A DNA stretch of 64,000 nt from a virus (lineage: Duplodnaviria > Caudoviricetes), in the IMG/VR virus record IMGVR_UViG_3300042473_000311, positions 1,055 through 65,054 of that record. One strand, written 5' to 3'. A program made the position numbers and the translations under genes. Below are positions 10,501 to 20,548 of the stretch, piece after piece. Numbering within the stretch: the first letter of the stretch is position 1; the number at the start of each line of letters is the position of its first letter. Below the pieces are notes generated by a model. That model saw nothing but the letters and a program-made list of their open reading frames with translations, did not search any database and was not told the origin of the DNA.

Positions 10501-12529
10501 ATGCGCCAAAAGGAATATCTTTCATCTTCAACTTACCAAATGCAATATCAGGTATCTTACCTGTTTTATCGTATTTATAAAATGGATTATCTCTTTCTAT
10601 ATCGTAATCAACGCCAGTACCAGTAGCAGTACCTTTTAAATCTGTTACTACTTTATTTTTCTTATTAACTCTAGAATCATTATTAAATCTTTTTAAAGCA
10701 TCTTCTGTAGCCTTATCCATTACTCCAGTAAGGCCAACACCCCAAATAGGATCTGTACTCTGTAAGTAAGGATTACCATCTTTATCTTTTCTTCTTAATA
10801 ATGTCTTTTGAGTCTTGAATACATCTCTTCTAAATTTAGGGCCTTTAGCTTTTATTTGATTACCTTGCTCATCAAATGTAATCATTCCATTTTTTTCCCA
10901 TAAACTTATAGTAGAAGCAGGAACAAAGTAAGGGTCATTATTTTTTGAGTTTACTTCAGTATCTGTGTATTGAAAAGAACTTTTATCCCATGGAGATATA
11001 CCATATCCATTTTTGTTCTTTTTCTTTTGATCTTCATCTTCTTGTATTCCTTTAAAAAGCTTTACCTTCTGACCATCTTTTGTTTCGTATTCTGATGCCG
11101 CTAAAACACCCCAGTTAGGCAATAAAGCAGCCTTGAACTTACCAGCATTTTCTCCAGACTTATAAGCTCCTCCTTCAGACCTAGCCCAATCAACAGTTTT
11201 TTTAAGTAATCTATCTATATCTTTAAGCTCTCTTGCTGTAAAATCATACTCAGATATGACTCTTTGAGTATGTTCAGCCATGGCTTGCTCTCTACTTAAA
11301 CCTTTGCTTTTATAATATTCTATATCTCCTTCAGTAGCAAATAATCTTAAAACAGCTAAACTAGCATCAGATGCGCTTTGTATTTTATCTCCATATCTAG
11401 AACCTACTTGAGAATCTTTTTTAAACTGTACTCTATTTGAAAATACATTTCTAGCTATATAATCAGACTTAGTATTGAATATATCCATTACTCTCCAGTT
11501 CTCTGGATGATATGTATATATATCTTTTTGTGCGCCAGCAGGAGTATAAACACATGAACCTGGAGATAGATAGTTTGATGCATTAGGGTCATTACATAAT
11601 CCTTTCTGACCTTTAGCTAATTTTTTTTCTGTTTCTTTCTTATAGCTTTTTAGATCTTCTTTTTTATCTAATGATTTTAAGAAATTATTTAATTCTTTAT
11701 TCCTTGCTTTTAACTCATCTAATACTTCGTAGTTTTTTTTATCTTTTGGTTTATTCTCTTCTACAATAATTCTATCTTTAATAGATAGCATTTCATTTTC
11801 TGCATTATAATATTCTTGAAGTAAAGATTGTTTCTTTTGTTCTTCAGTTAAAGTAACTTCAACAAGTGGTTGTTCAACATTTGATTTAGCAGCATTAGGG
11901 TTGAAATCTATTCCTAATGCCTTTAAACTTTCTTGATCTGCATTTCCTCCATCAGTAAGATTCTCCTCTAAATCACTTTTTATATTGAAAAAACTATTGT
12001 TTTTAAATAAGGTAGGTTTTGGCTTATCTTCTTCTTTTTGTTCTGTTAATCCAAATTTCTTTTGAAATTCAATAATATTGTTTACTCCATCATCTAATGG
12101 TTCTTCATTTAAGTTTTGAACAGTAGAATCAAATACATTAGAATTTCCATCTATATCAGTATTGATAAATGGTAAAGAAGTATCTTCCTCCTCTTCATTT
12201 ATAGAAGTATCTACAAATGGTAAAAACCCATCATCTTCAGCTGATATTTCACTAGGATTTACAACTGGATTTGCTTCTGGTAATTCTACAGGTGCTTCAT
12301 TAAATGATTCTTGAGCCTCAACAAATTCTGAAGGGGGAGTGTTTTGAACTTCTGCCATTCCTTCCCTTTGAACAGGTGGTTGTATTGGCGGTTCACTATC
12401 AATAGGTGTCTCTTGCGCTTTAATATTTACATCAAATTGCTCAGGCGTTAGTCTTTCTTGAGTTTGTATTTGTACAGTCTCTCCTTCTCCTCCTGTTTGA
12501 GTATTCATTAAATCGCTATTTAGTGCCAT
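7538..12529 (-). CDS. Large probable internal virion/ejection protein (1663 aa)
   Basis: Acidic disordered N-terminus, coiled coil, Gly/Ala-rich membrane-like region, possible peptidoglycan-binding motif; position after tail genes. Confidence 0.6.
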   Translation of the reverse strand: MALNSDLMNTQTGGEGETVQIQTQERLTPEQFDVNIKAQETPIDSEPPIQPPVQREGMAEVQNTPPSEFVEAQESFNEAPVELPEANPVVNPSEISAEDDGFLPFVDTSINEEEEDTSLPFINTDIDGNSNVFDSTVQNLNEEPLDDGVNNIIEFQKKFGLTEQKEEDKPKPTLFKNNSFFNIKSDLEENLTDGGNADQESLKALGIDFNPNAAKSNVEQPLVEVTLTEEQKKQSLLQEYYNAENEMLSIKDRIIVEENKPKDKKNYEVLDELKARNKELNNFLKSLDKKEDLKSYKKETEKKLAKGQKGLCNDPNASNYLSPGSCVYTPAGAQKDIYTYHPENWRVMDIFNTKSDYIARNVFSNRVQFKKDSQVGSRYGDKIQSASDASLAVLRLFATEGDIEYYKSKGLSREQAMAEHTQRVISEYDFTARELKDIDRLLKKTVDWARSEGGAYKSGENAGKFKAALLPNWGVLAASEYETKDGQKVKLFKGIQEDEDQKKKNKNGYGISPWDKSSFQYTDTEVNSKNNDPYFVPASTISLWEKNGMITFDEQGNQIKAKGPKFRRDVFKTQKTLLRRKDKDGNPYLQSTDPIWGVGLTGVMDKATEDALKRFNNDSRVNKKNKVVTDLKGTATGTGVDYDIERDNPFYKYDKTGKIPDIAFGKLKMKDIPFGAWRTRKDAETWAAKNMPSNTKKISGLGADVVNQSQSDFKKYIDGLGIGVTVQLEGGVLDWDNVVLKAPKGVVASDLILDLNEDEENDSNDAKQLERWLNSVQESPGDKLVSMWSEIYDPANAMIRNGQINLDRGNQFFYSAKDKDKKDVTLGVTEKAEFSDVYKNLPSDDLMTKGINYFMGIVESSKKGEKVIDIDKFAKTIEKEQNNIGLQISELQKKSQQYSSTIQPYLTKLEDLKKQTREEQDKINKQVDELKAKFDNDLIDQNEFSSKIVEYSNKTTLLQQNLNNAITQVNNAYKNNKGTYDEITKIQDEIEDKRGQLTGIGSDLQNLYGVAVSDIASKVEKQNTIVGSLASSFVNGTLKSYMGTANLMADTLDALFEIEGSPDSAERKKVLYQDFVKGFLKDSGLYKDPKSEGFLMQSVSSVFESLAGMTNPITIVTAGTPLEKIGKIIGFASTAYADIDLEVSTNPNLSDLTEFQKKVITIPYSIGIGVLEDFGYGTLLRGGKSSIAKRVLTNLVSNSIKSLPKNASLELVEKAIKGEVSNKFFKLFSATANAAAGGAEEETLSAIGMDILYKNLMDYTFEKDVFNKGNTWKDYLNMTAESALGGAIGNGALGGTLNSVDLFRKNKIEEVSTQDYDFFVLTANDSKLKEIFANSVKNKLALGDIKEEDAKSLMENFENLAAIDSKISDQIDGKDRPKMASLLIQKQQLLEKAKGLDESQKGLPNPELENVDSQIKEIVSRAENRINEEKKNVEENQTRVSSEVGEGQESVTTEPIEGPSDKETAPSGVVQEEQTEVTPTEEVTTETEITPTEPQKITSVMTTGETQLESDLIGKDVSTGKQLKTADIQTGEVTSEFREDKNPTKGKVVNVEADPKNKNIERLILEDGTVLNRNKNTGNITLNNKVKASTVDTEVKGEATAKNEFDELSDINKITSPTKKNKAMKAFNEKYGEKATRISEIDSKFTTIVNKLESQKLITKKNC

Positions 12530-12569
12530 AAGTTTATTATCTAGTTATAACAAAGATAAATATTATTAT

Positions 12570-14855
12570 CTATTCTCTACTGTATTGAGAACTTGAACCA
12601 CCAGTCCTTCCTTTACCTCCTCCTGCGTAAATGTTTCCAGCTGTTCTTTGGAATTTAGCTCCAACAGCATTATCAGAACTTCCAATAACACCATCATTGA
12701 GTTTACCTCCTTGTACAGCAGTAGCATAAGGAGTTCTAACGGGTACATTTATTTGAGTAGCTCCTACTTTAGAACCATCACCCATGTCAATAAATGATTC
12801 ATAAGCAACACCATAAGTAGATACATTGTAATTACTTCCACTCTTCTGCATATTATTTTTAGTAGGTTGAACATGAACTACAGGCATAGCGGTATATACA
12901 TTATCCTTAGAAATTTTATCGGATTTATAATATCTATCGGTAGTAGAATTTATCTCTTTTCCTTTAACCCATTTATATTTTTTCTCCTTACTGTCATAAA
13001 CTTCCCACTCCATTTCTAAACCATTCTTCCCATTCACTCCAGCATCGTATATATCAACCGATTCATCATTACTACCAAGTCTCTCCATACCCTCATATAA
13101 AGCTCTAGTAATACTAGTATGTCTATTAAAGTCAGCGTAGAACATTTCTTTATCAGCATTTATTCTAGCCATTGCTTTTTGATAATCTAAATCTTGACCT
13201 CTTCTTTCAGCGGCTTTATTAGCTTGCTTAGTAATAGTACTAATAATAGATTCTTTAGGCATTTGCTCAAACATGTAACTAGCCATGCTTTTCTTAACCT
13301 CTTCTTTAACCTTATCAGATTGATCAGCCATATTATTCTTAACCCATTCTTCAGCTACCTTGTCAAGGTTAAAGTCATAGTATTTTCTTTTTAGCTCAGA
13401 GAACACTTCATAATCAGGACTAGGACTATTAAGCTTTTGAACAAGATTATTCAAATCTTCTAATTCTTCTGGACTAAAATCTTTACCTGTTTTTAAATTA
13501 ATGGCTCTTTCAATAGCTCCATCCTTAATCAATGTCTTAACTATCTCATCTCCTTGCTTTAAAGCATTAGGTAAAGCTCTAACAGTATTAAGAACTTTTG
13601 CTATATTCTTTTTACCAGAAAAATACTCTTCAATCTTACCTGGCAACATACCAGTCTTAACATTGTTGATTATACTCATCATGTCTTTAGTAACCCATGC
13701 AGCTGGCTCCCCAGTTTTAGGATCTACTAATTTCTCTTCCAAATCTGATAGATATGCAGATGTCTTAGAAAAGTTTTCAGCTACTCCTTTTTCGGTTGAC
13801 ATAAACTTTAAATATCCTGGATCTGATGCTAATCCTTCTGGATTGTCTTTATATGCCTCAACATAATCCATTAATCCATTATAAAAATACTGAGCAAAAG
13901 CAGGTTTATATTGTTTAGCAATATCTGGCATTTCTTTAAGCTCATCCATCAATGCTTGTTTCTTTTTTATATCAGCCGCTATAGCTCTCTTTCTAGCATC
14001 GTACAACCCTAAAGGCAATACTCCTCCAGCACCAGAGTAAATAGTTTGAGAGCCTATTCTACTACCAGAAAATGTACCTACAGCAATATCTCTACCTATC
14101 TCTGGATAATAATCTTGAACACCTAGTTTTTCGATAGCTAATTGAGGGGCTTTTTTTCTAGCAGCAACAGCAGCTCTTGCTAGTATATCTTCTTTAGACT
14201 CTGGTTCAAATGACTCAGTAACATAAGTGTCAATCCAACCATCTTGTCCAGGTTTATTTTGAACTACTTTATCTATATTAGATATAGCATTTCTACTATC
14301 TATCTCATCATTTGTTATCGCATCATCTATATTTTTTACCTCATTACCTACTTCTTTATTTGCTTTTGTTAGGTTCTCTTGTTCAGTAGATGTTAAATCA
14401 GTTTTGTTATCAGTTTTTACTTGAAGTATATCTTGAGTTTCTTTAGCAGGGTTAGGTGTATTAGCTAATGTCTTAACCAATTGTTGACCTGCTTCAGAGT
14501 CTTTACGTATTTCTTCAGCTTCTTTAGTGCCTGCTTTAAACTCTTGACTTACTTCTTTAACTTCATTTTTACCAGATCCATATCCAGCTTTAATATACTT
14601 AACATCTGGAGTATCATCTACTACAACAGGAGTTCCAGCTACAACAGTACTAGGCTTAGCTTCAAAAGGTTTTTTAACATCTCTTATTTCTTCTTTAGAA
14701 TATAAGGGTGGGTTTTTTACTTTTTCACCTTCAGGAGTATATGTGAATTTAGGCCTATCAGCATTGATAGCTCTCATTTGCCTTCTTTCCTTACGTATAT
14801 CCTTCCTACTTCTAGGAGTACCTTCGTCTGGATTCTCTTTATCGTTTATAGCCAT
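12570..14855 (-). CDS. Probable internal virion protein (761 aa)
   Basis: Long ORF between a pilot-like protein and the giant proteins; assigned by synteny only. Confidence 0.45.
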   Translation of the reverse strand: MAINDKENPDEGTPRSRKDIRKERRQMRAINADRPKFTYTPEGEKVKNPPLYSKEEIRDVKKPFEAKPSTVVAGTPVVVDDTPDVKYIKAGYGSGKNEVKEVSQEFKAGTKEAEEIRKDSEAGQQLVKTLANTPNPAKETQDILQVKTDNKTDLTSTEQENLTKANKEVGNEVKNIDDAITNDEIDSRNAISNIDKVVQNKPGQDGWIDTYVTESFEPESKEDILARAAVAARKKAPQLAIEKLGVQDYYPEIGRDIAVGTFSGSRIGSQTIYSGAGGVLPLGLYDARKRAIAADIKKKQALMDELKEMPDIAKQYKPAFAQYFYNGLMDYVEAYKDNPEGLASDPGYLKFMSTEKGVAENFSKTSAYLSDLEEKLVDPKTGEPAAWVTKDMMSIINNVKTGMLPGKIEEYFSGKKNIAKVLNTVRALPNALKQGDEIVKTLIKDGAIERAINLKTGKDFSPEELEDLNNLVQKLNSPSPDYEVFSELKRKYYDFNLDKVAEEWVKNNMADQSDKVKEEVKKSMASYMFEQMPKESIISTITKQANKAAERRGQDLDYQKAMARINADKEMFYADFNRHTSITRALYEGMERLGSNDESVDIYDAGVNGKNGLEMEWEVYDSKEKKYKWVKGKEINSTTDRYYKSDKISKDNVYTAMPVVHVQPTKNNMQKSGSNYNVSTYGVAYESFIDMGDGSKVGATQINVPVRTPYATAVQGGKLNDGVIGSSDNAVGAKFQRTAGNIYAGGGKGRTGGSSSQYSRE

Positions 14856-14875
14856 GTTATACTCTTTATTTAATC

Positions 14876-15538
14876 CTATGTAAGTCCTTCGTTCTTAGCT
14901 GCATCTTTAGCATCCTTAGCTGCTTTAGCTTCTGCTGCTTTTCTTTTTCTAGCTTCATCTTCAGTTTCGCCTAATTCGTTTAAAACAAAGTCTCCTTGAG
15001 GTTGAAGTGCAGCAGCTAGGTTTTGACCAGAATCTTTTATGTTTTGAGAAGCCTCAGACAAACCTTCAGCTCTCTGAAGTAATGTCAAATCTCTTTTTGT
15101 ATTAGCCATGTCTGTGATTGTCTTACTTTCTATGCCTAATGTATTAGCTATATCTTGAGAAGTTTGTTGAGCTATATTACCCATAGTCTGACTCATAAGA
15201 TTACTATACATACCCATATTAACAGGGCCTCCAGCAGCAAAAGCATTTCTTTGCATAGCCTTAGCCATCTGTTGACCAGCAACCATTTGAGGATTATAAG
15301 CAGTACCAGTAGATAAAGCCTGTCGTCTCCTACGTAATGTATTTAACAAAGCTCTTTCACCTACATCCTCTGGAGAAGGTAACATTCCTTTAGCTTTTTT
15401 CTTTTGAATACCACCTTGAATAAGCTGACCTATACCAGTACCCAAAGAAGCACCAGCAGTTGTTCCTAAGCCTAAAGATCCAATAGAGCCTAAACCAGCT
15501 CCTAATATTCCTCCGATTGTACCTCCTATACCGCCCAT
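14876..15538 (-). CDS. Probable DNA pilot/ejection protein
   Basis: Gly-rich hydrophobic N-terminus (GGIGGTIGGILGAGLG) followed by Q/A-rich helices; directly follows the tail stabilisation gene. Confidence 0.6.
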   Translation of the reverse strand: MGGIGGTIGGILGAGLGSIGSLGLGTTAGASLGTGIGQLIQGGIQKKKAKGMLPSPEDVGERALLNTLRRRRQALSTGTAYNPQMVAGQQMAKAMQRNAFAAGGPVNMGMYSNLMSQTMGNIAQQTSQDIANTLGIESKTITDMANTKRDLTLLQRAEGLSEASQNIKDSGQNLAAALQPQGDFVLNELGETEDEARKRKAAEAKAAKDAKDAAKNEGLT

Positions 15539-15564
15539 AATATAATTTTTTCCAAATTTAACAA

Positions 15565-18500
15565 TTATTTTAACTTCTTGTATTGTACTCCTGTAGAAGC
15601 TACTAAAAATTCTTCATCAGCACTACTTACAATCTTAAATAACATTACCCTGCCTTGTTGTCTGTAATAAGGAGCTACAACATTTCTAGGTATGTAGCAC
15701 TCATATCCAAAGTAATCCTTCATAGATAATGGAACAGCTACTGTATCAACAAAGTTAGTAAAGTTGTCATTGAGATAATCATCGTAAGATTTGTAGAAAT
15801 ATACTCTCTCTGGCTTACTACTTGAATTAACTCTTATTCTAATAAACTCCTTGTCGTAATATAAATCAGCATTAGATACACCTGTTACATAACATTCCAT
15901 ATCTTCTCCATCAATCTGATTACCTACTCCTAACTCAAATGTTTGAGCGTTCTTCATACCAAAGAATACATTGTTATTGTAAAGATACTTGTCGTACAAA
16001 TAAGTACTCTGACATTGTAAAGCAGTCTGTTGAACTCCGTAAATTAAAGTAGAGAAATCCTTAGAGTCATTAACACTCATTACATACTCATTGTTTAACA
16101 CGTTATATCCACCTACTAAATCAGATTCATAAGAAAATGCTATTCTGTTTAAGAACTTACTTCTCAATAAATAATGAAATCCTGTTCTTGATATATCAGT
16201 CAAGTTGTTATCAGTAAACATATAAGCAGCCTTGTTATTCACAAAGAACAAAGTATTTGAATACTCAGCCCAACTTCTCCAAGTCTGGTCGCTCATCCCT
16301 ATAGTCTTATCTATCCATAGTTGATTTAAGATACCTCCTATACTTGATCCTGCTGTAGCTAACTCATTAGCATTTATCTCATAGATAACTCTCTTATCTA
16401 CCATCAATAAACATACACCACTATCTGTTAAAGCATAAAGGTTATTACCCTTGTCTCCAGATAAAGCACTCCATGCAAATTTAATCTCTCCTGTATCATC
16501 TGATATATCAAAATAGTTAGCAGAAGGAAATGTTCTAATAGATGGAGTATTCTGAGAGTTAATAGGCCTTCTTAATGACCATATAATTCTTGTACAGAAA
16601 TCTGTTTGCTCCTCAAATCCTACCGTTGGTACAGATGTATATGTACTTGTAGTTTGACTCTTTGAATAATCCTTGTTAGTCTGAGGTAAGAATCTAAATC
16701 CTCCCCATCCCCACCAGTTCCATTCATAACCGTAATCATCAAAATACTCAGACAATAGGTTGTTAGCAGATTCCCAAGCAGCTCTATCTCCAGGGTCAGC
16801 GCTACTATCCCATTCATAAGGTCTTGGTATGTAGTTAACTAATGGAAATGCTTGCTCGCTAACAGCCTTATCTGGTGATTCTAAATTAAAGAAGAATGAT
16901 AAGTTACAACGTGTCTCAGCAGTCCACATAGTAACTACTTGTCTCATTCTACATTTTTCAGACCCAGCAGAGTTAGCAAATTGATGATGAAAATATCCGT
17001 ACTTGTTTGATGTTTGAGTGTTTTCCCACCATCTATATCCAGCAAATCCAGAAGGAAAATTGCTATTAAATTCATATTGTTTAAATGGAAAAGGATTACT
17101 CCAAATAAATTCATTTGTGCTTCCTATAGGATTTCCATTCTTATTATATTCATTATCTAATACAGCCCATATAGATTCATTGATAAATGTGTCTCCACCA
17201 AATACCCTAATAGGTATTCTATTGTCATATTTAACATATACTTTAGCTCCAGAAGCAGGAACTGTAAAGTCCGTATATAATGGGGTTTCAATAAAGTTTA
17301 ACGTAAATTGAGGGCATAAATCAACAGATGTTTCTGTACTTGTATATATTCCAAATATATCAAATCCACCTGTTAGCACAGGGTCATTATAAGGACCTGG
17401 AGCAGCAGCAGCTAAACCAGTAAGTATAGTAGCAATGTCTGGACCTGTTTCAAATTCAACATTCATCCATCTTTTCTCTACACCATTTTGGTCAACTACA
17501 TATACAAATCTTTTTAATGCAGCATAATCATTGTAAACCTCACTAGTCAAAGAAGGAATACAATCTTCCCATCTTTCTGATACTAAGACAGATGATTGAT
17601 TAGATGTACCATTAGACTCTAACACTAATGATTTAAACTTAATATGATGTCCTGTGTATTTATATTCCGTTGTGATACCAGAGTTTATGTCTCTATTCTT
17701 ATATAGATTTATAACATACATTGGCTCTCTCCATTCTCTTTGCCGTAAATCATCCGCATCTGTACTAGCCGTTACAGAAGATTCATTATATATATCAGCA
17801 TATCCTGGAGCAGTAGTATCAACAGCTATTTGAAAATACGTTTGACGACCTCCTCCAGCTGTAGTAACTTCTGTGGTGGCTATATCTAATGGAAATATTC
17901 TATTACCTTGAGCATTGCCTGGAAAAGCAGGAGAATCTCCAGTATCTCTATTCATATATCTGCCGTAAGCCACATAGCTATTTCCATCAGCATCTGGAAC
18001 GCCAGAATAACCTGTTTGATCATAATATGGATTAATAGTTCCACCAGCCCCTTCTCTTAATACTCTAGCATAAGTAATCATGTCAGTTCCCTTTCTGGCA
18101 TCATCTAGAGTCAAGTTTCTACTAGCATAAATCTCGCTAAAATACCCTAAAGGAGAAACTAACTGAATTGAATATGAAGTAGGATTATTTAATAAGTCCT
18201 CTGCTATATCTGGAAATCTATGCTCTAAATCTGGAAAGTATGCCCAAAATTTATCTATATCTTTTGACATATTTGATCCAATTCCTTCTGCTGACTCTAA
18301 TCTATAGAACCCTAAGCCTTGAGCTACCACTTGATAAGCAGGGTCTGTCTGTACAATAGAAAATCCATCAGCCCAATCTGGGTATGTGTCTAATCCTTTA
18401 ACAGCTAGACCCATAGAATAATAATCTAACCCAAATCCTTTAGGTCTATAATCATCAAAACCTATTTCATCACCTAATTTAATTCCTCTATTTGGAGAAG

Positions 18501-20100
18501 AACTTAATGAACTTAAAGAACTAGACTGACTTGTAGGTGTTAATGTATTGTACGGAGCATCATGATATGATATTTCAACCCCATAAACATCTAATGAATC
18601 CTTTTGAGAAGCATCATAATGGTCAAATACCTCGTGTGTTAACTCTACATCTCCACCTGTTGTAGCTGCCTTAACTAGGCCTTTATAAGAACTTCCTTGA
18701 GTCAATGGACTTACCTCATCTCTTCTATTAGGAAACTCATAATTATTAAGTGGAGCTGGTATCTCAGTAGCATAAGAAGGATTATTAAAGCTATCGAATA
18801 GAACAACTCCAAAACCTGTCTTATCACCTCTCATATTGCTTTTATACATAGCGGCATTATAAGGGTGCTTATGTCCAGCCTTACCTATCTTTTCAATAGT
18901 TGGAAAAGCAGGGTTACTACCTGCATCTACAAATGTAACCTCTCCATTAATGTCTCTTGAGTTATATCCAACATTCATTAGATACAATCTGCTATTGAAA
19001 TATCTTACAGACTTAGCTCTTCTTATTGAAGAAAACGTATCTGTTTGCTCTGCTAAATCAAGTATCTCAAGACCAGGAAAGTTAGCCTCAGCCTTATCAA
19101 ATATATTTATTACATTTAATCCAGTACCAATAGGAACACTACCTATAATAGTAGAAACAGGAGGAACGCCATAAGCACTATCTGATTGCCATGCATCTCT
19201 TCTTACCTCTAAAAATGTAAAGGCATCTGCGTTTTCACACTTAATTCTAATATGATTACCGTAATCAGTAGATGAAGCTATATTAGCAAAATCTCCATGA
19301 GTATGAGAATAAGGATATTGTGGTGAAAATTGAGCAGTCTTTCTTCTTACCACAGGTATCAATTCTGTAATAGGTGAAAAAGGAGTTCTCTCTCCTTCTG
19401 CTGTCACTAATCTATATGAGTAAGAATAACTTCCTACAACGAGTCCTGTAGTTCCAAACGTAGCATCATATCCATTAGCTACAGAAACGCTTTCTTGCTT
19501 GATAAAAGCGGGCTTATATAGCTCTGAGGAAACAGGAATAGAATAGTTAGCTGGATCAAAATCTCCAAAATACTTTTGAGTACACTCTCCAGTATCTGTC
19601 ATAGCAGAATTATCCATCATATCTAAAACAGATAGCACCATAGGAGATACATTGTTATCTGTGATGTAAATCTCTCCTCCCATACAACTTTCATTCTTGT
19701 CGTATTGTACAGGATAGTTAAGATTAAATGGAAGAGCATCACTCATTAAAACTATCTGTCCATCTATACGAATGAATGGAGGATAGCTACTTGGCTCAGT
19801 AGAAGCCCATAACTCTATGATATGACCATTAACTTCTTGAGTCATCATACACTCATAAGTGTCAGCTCCTGGTAATGGACCAGCTTCTACAAAACACCTG
19901 TTATCTACAGCGTCAAAAATTAAGCTTTCACCCTTAATCTTCTTCTTAGCAAGGTTATCACCATCCATAGACATACTACGCATGTTAAGCGCATCAACAT
20001 GCTCTCCATCCTCTAATCGACCTAATATTTCTTTATTAGTATCTGATTGGATTCCTTTCTGATATGTCTTTATGTCATGTGGGTAATGTTGTTGCTTCAT
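15565..20100 (-). CDS. Tail stabilisation/nozzle protein (P22 gp10 or crAss-like stabilisation type)
   Basis: 1511 aa beta-rich; N-terminal KGIQSD...DALNMR; SYSYRL...TPFSP, RLYLMN and GEIK motifs; follows the ring-protein genes. Confidence 0.7.
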   Translation of the reverse strand: MKQQHYPHDIKTYQKGIQSDTNKEILGRLEDGEHVDALNMRSMSMDGDNLAKKKIKGESLIFDAVDNRCFVEAGPLPGADTYECMMTQEVNGHIIELWASTEPSSYPPFIRIDGQIVLMSDALPFNLNYPVQYDKNESCMGGEIYITDNNVSPMVLSVLDMMDNSAMTDTGECTQKYFGDFDPANYSIPVSSELYKPAFIKQESVSVANGYDATFGTTGLVVGSYSYSYRLVTAEGERTPFSPITELIPVVRRKTAQFSPQYPYSHTHGDFANIASSTDYGNHIRIKCENADAFTFLEVRRDAWQSDSAYGVPPVSTIIGSVPIGTGLNVINIFDKAEANFPGLEILDLAEQTDTFSSIRRAKSVRYFNSRLYLMNVGYNSRDINGEVTFVDAGSNPAFPTIEKIGKAGHKHPYNAAMYKSNMRGDKTGFGVVLFDSFNNPSYATEIPAPLNNYEFPNRRDEVSPLTQGSSYKGLVKAATTGGDVELTHEVFDHYDASQKDSLDVYGVEISYHDAPYNTLTPTSQSSSLSSLSSSPNRGIKLGDEIGFDDYRPKGFGLDYYSMGLAVKGLDTYPDWADGFSIVQTDPAYQVVAQGLGFYRLESAEGIGSNMSKDIDKFWAYFPDLEHRFPDIAEDLLNNPTSYSIQLVSPLGYFSEIYASRNLTLDDARKGTDMITYARVLREGAGGTINPYYDQTGYSGVPDADGNSYVAYGRYMNRDTGDSPAFPGNAQGNRIFPLDIATTEVTTAGGGRQTYFQIAVDTTAPGYADIYNESSVTASTDADDLRQREWREPMYVINLYKNRDINSGITTEYKYTGHHIKFKSLVLESNGTSNQSSVLVSERWEDCIPSLTSEVYNDYAALKRFVYVVDQNGVEKRWMNVEFETGPDIATILTGLAAAAPGPYNDPVLTGGFDIFGIYTSTETSVDLCPQFTLNFIETPLYTDFTVPASGAKVYVKYDNRIPIRVFGGDTFINESIWAVLDNEYNKNGNPIGSTNEFIWSNPFPFKQYEFNSNFPSGFAGYRWWENTQTSNKYGYFHHQFANSAGSEKCRMRQVVTMWTAETRCNLSFFFNLESPDKAVSEQAFPLVNYIPRPYEWDSSADPGDRAAWESANNLLSEYFDDYGYEWNWWGWGGFRFLPQTNKDYSKSQTTSTYTSVPTVGFEEQTDFCTRIIWSLRRPINSQNTPSIRTFPSANYFDISDDTGEIKFAWSALSGDKGNNLYALTDSGVCLLMVDKRVIYEINANELATAGSSIGGILNQLWIDKTIGMSDQTWRSWAEYSNTLFFVNNKAAYMFTDNNLTDISRTGFHYLLRSKFLNRIAFSYESDLVGGYNVLNNEYVMSVNDSKDFSTLIYGVQQTALQCQSTYLYDKYLYNNNVFFGMKNAQTFELGVGNQIDGEDMECYVTGVSNADLYYDKEFIRIRVNSSSKPERVYFYKSYDDYLNDNFTNFVDTVAVPLSMKDYFGYECYIPRNVVAPYYRQQGRVMLFKIVSSADEEFLVASTGVQYKKLK

Positions 20101-20267
20101 CGTTGTTTCTTTTTAAAAGGAACTAATTCATTTAGTTTATCCGCTCTCGCATTGCAACCACAATCTTTAGCACCTACTTTCTTAGCTACAAAGTTAGCAA
20201 CTTTATCCATTCGTGTAGCTTCAGCAACCCTTTTAACTACATCGCCTAATCCTTTATACTCTTTCAT
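20097..20267 (-). CDS. Small phage protein (GLGD...DCGC...R...LN type), 56 aa
   Basis: MKEYKGLGDVVKRVAEAT...DCGCNARADKLN; ATG 1 nt after the upstream stop. Confidence 0.7.
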   Translation of the reverse strand: MKEYKGLGDVVKRVAEATRMDKVANFVAKKVGAKDCGCNARADKLNELVPFKKKQR

Positions 20268-20268
20268 A

Positions 20269-20538
20269 TTACCACTTAACTTTATCGGCCCAATAAGCAG
20301 CACTTAATTTACCTTTAGCTATATTCTTAGCGTGACGAGACTTAAACCTTTTTCTTCTGTTAGCATAAGCCTCAGACTCTCCAGCTTTCTTAGGAGAACC
20401 TTTTACTCCTTGTTGACCAAATCTAATAATCTTTTCTGTACCACCAGAACACGCCTTAACAACGTGAGACTTCTTTGGATGACTAGGTGTGCTTCTTGGA
20501 GAATTACACTTCATTGATGATTTATCTAACTTACTCAT
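20269..20538 (-). CDS. Small basic phage protein (KKSHVV...IRFGQQG...FKSRH...AAYWA..VKW)
   Basis: True start probably ATG at 20538; motif pattern recalled from other phage hypothetical proteins. Confidence 0.7.
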   Translation of the reverse strand: MSKLDKSSMKCNSPRSTPSHPKKSHVVKACSGGTEKIIRFGQQGVKGSPKKAGESEAYANRRKRFKSRHAKNIAKGKLSAAYWADKVKW

Positions 20539-20548
20539 AACCAGTAAT

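Noticed and set aside
2430-14855. crAss-like virion RNA polymerase among the giant proteins
   Set aside because: No DxDxD catalytic motif in a plausible context; the DIDG string lies in the acidic disordered N-terminus
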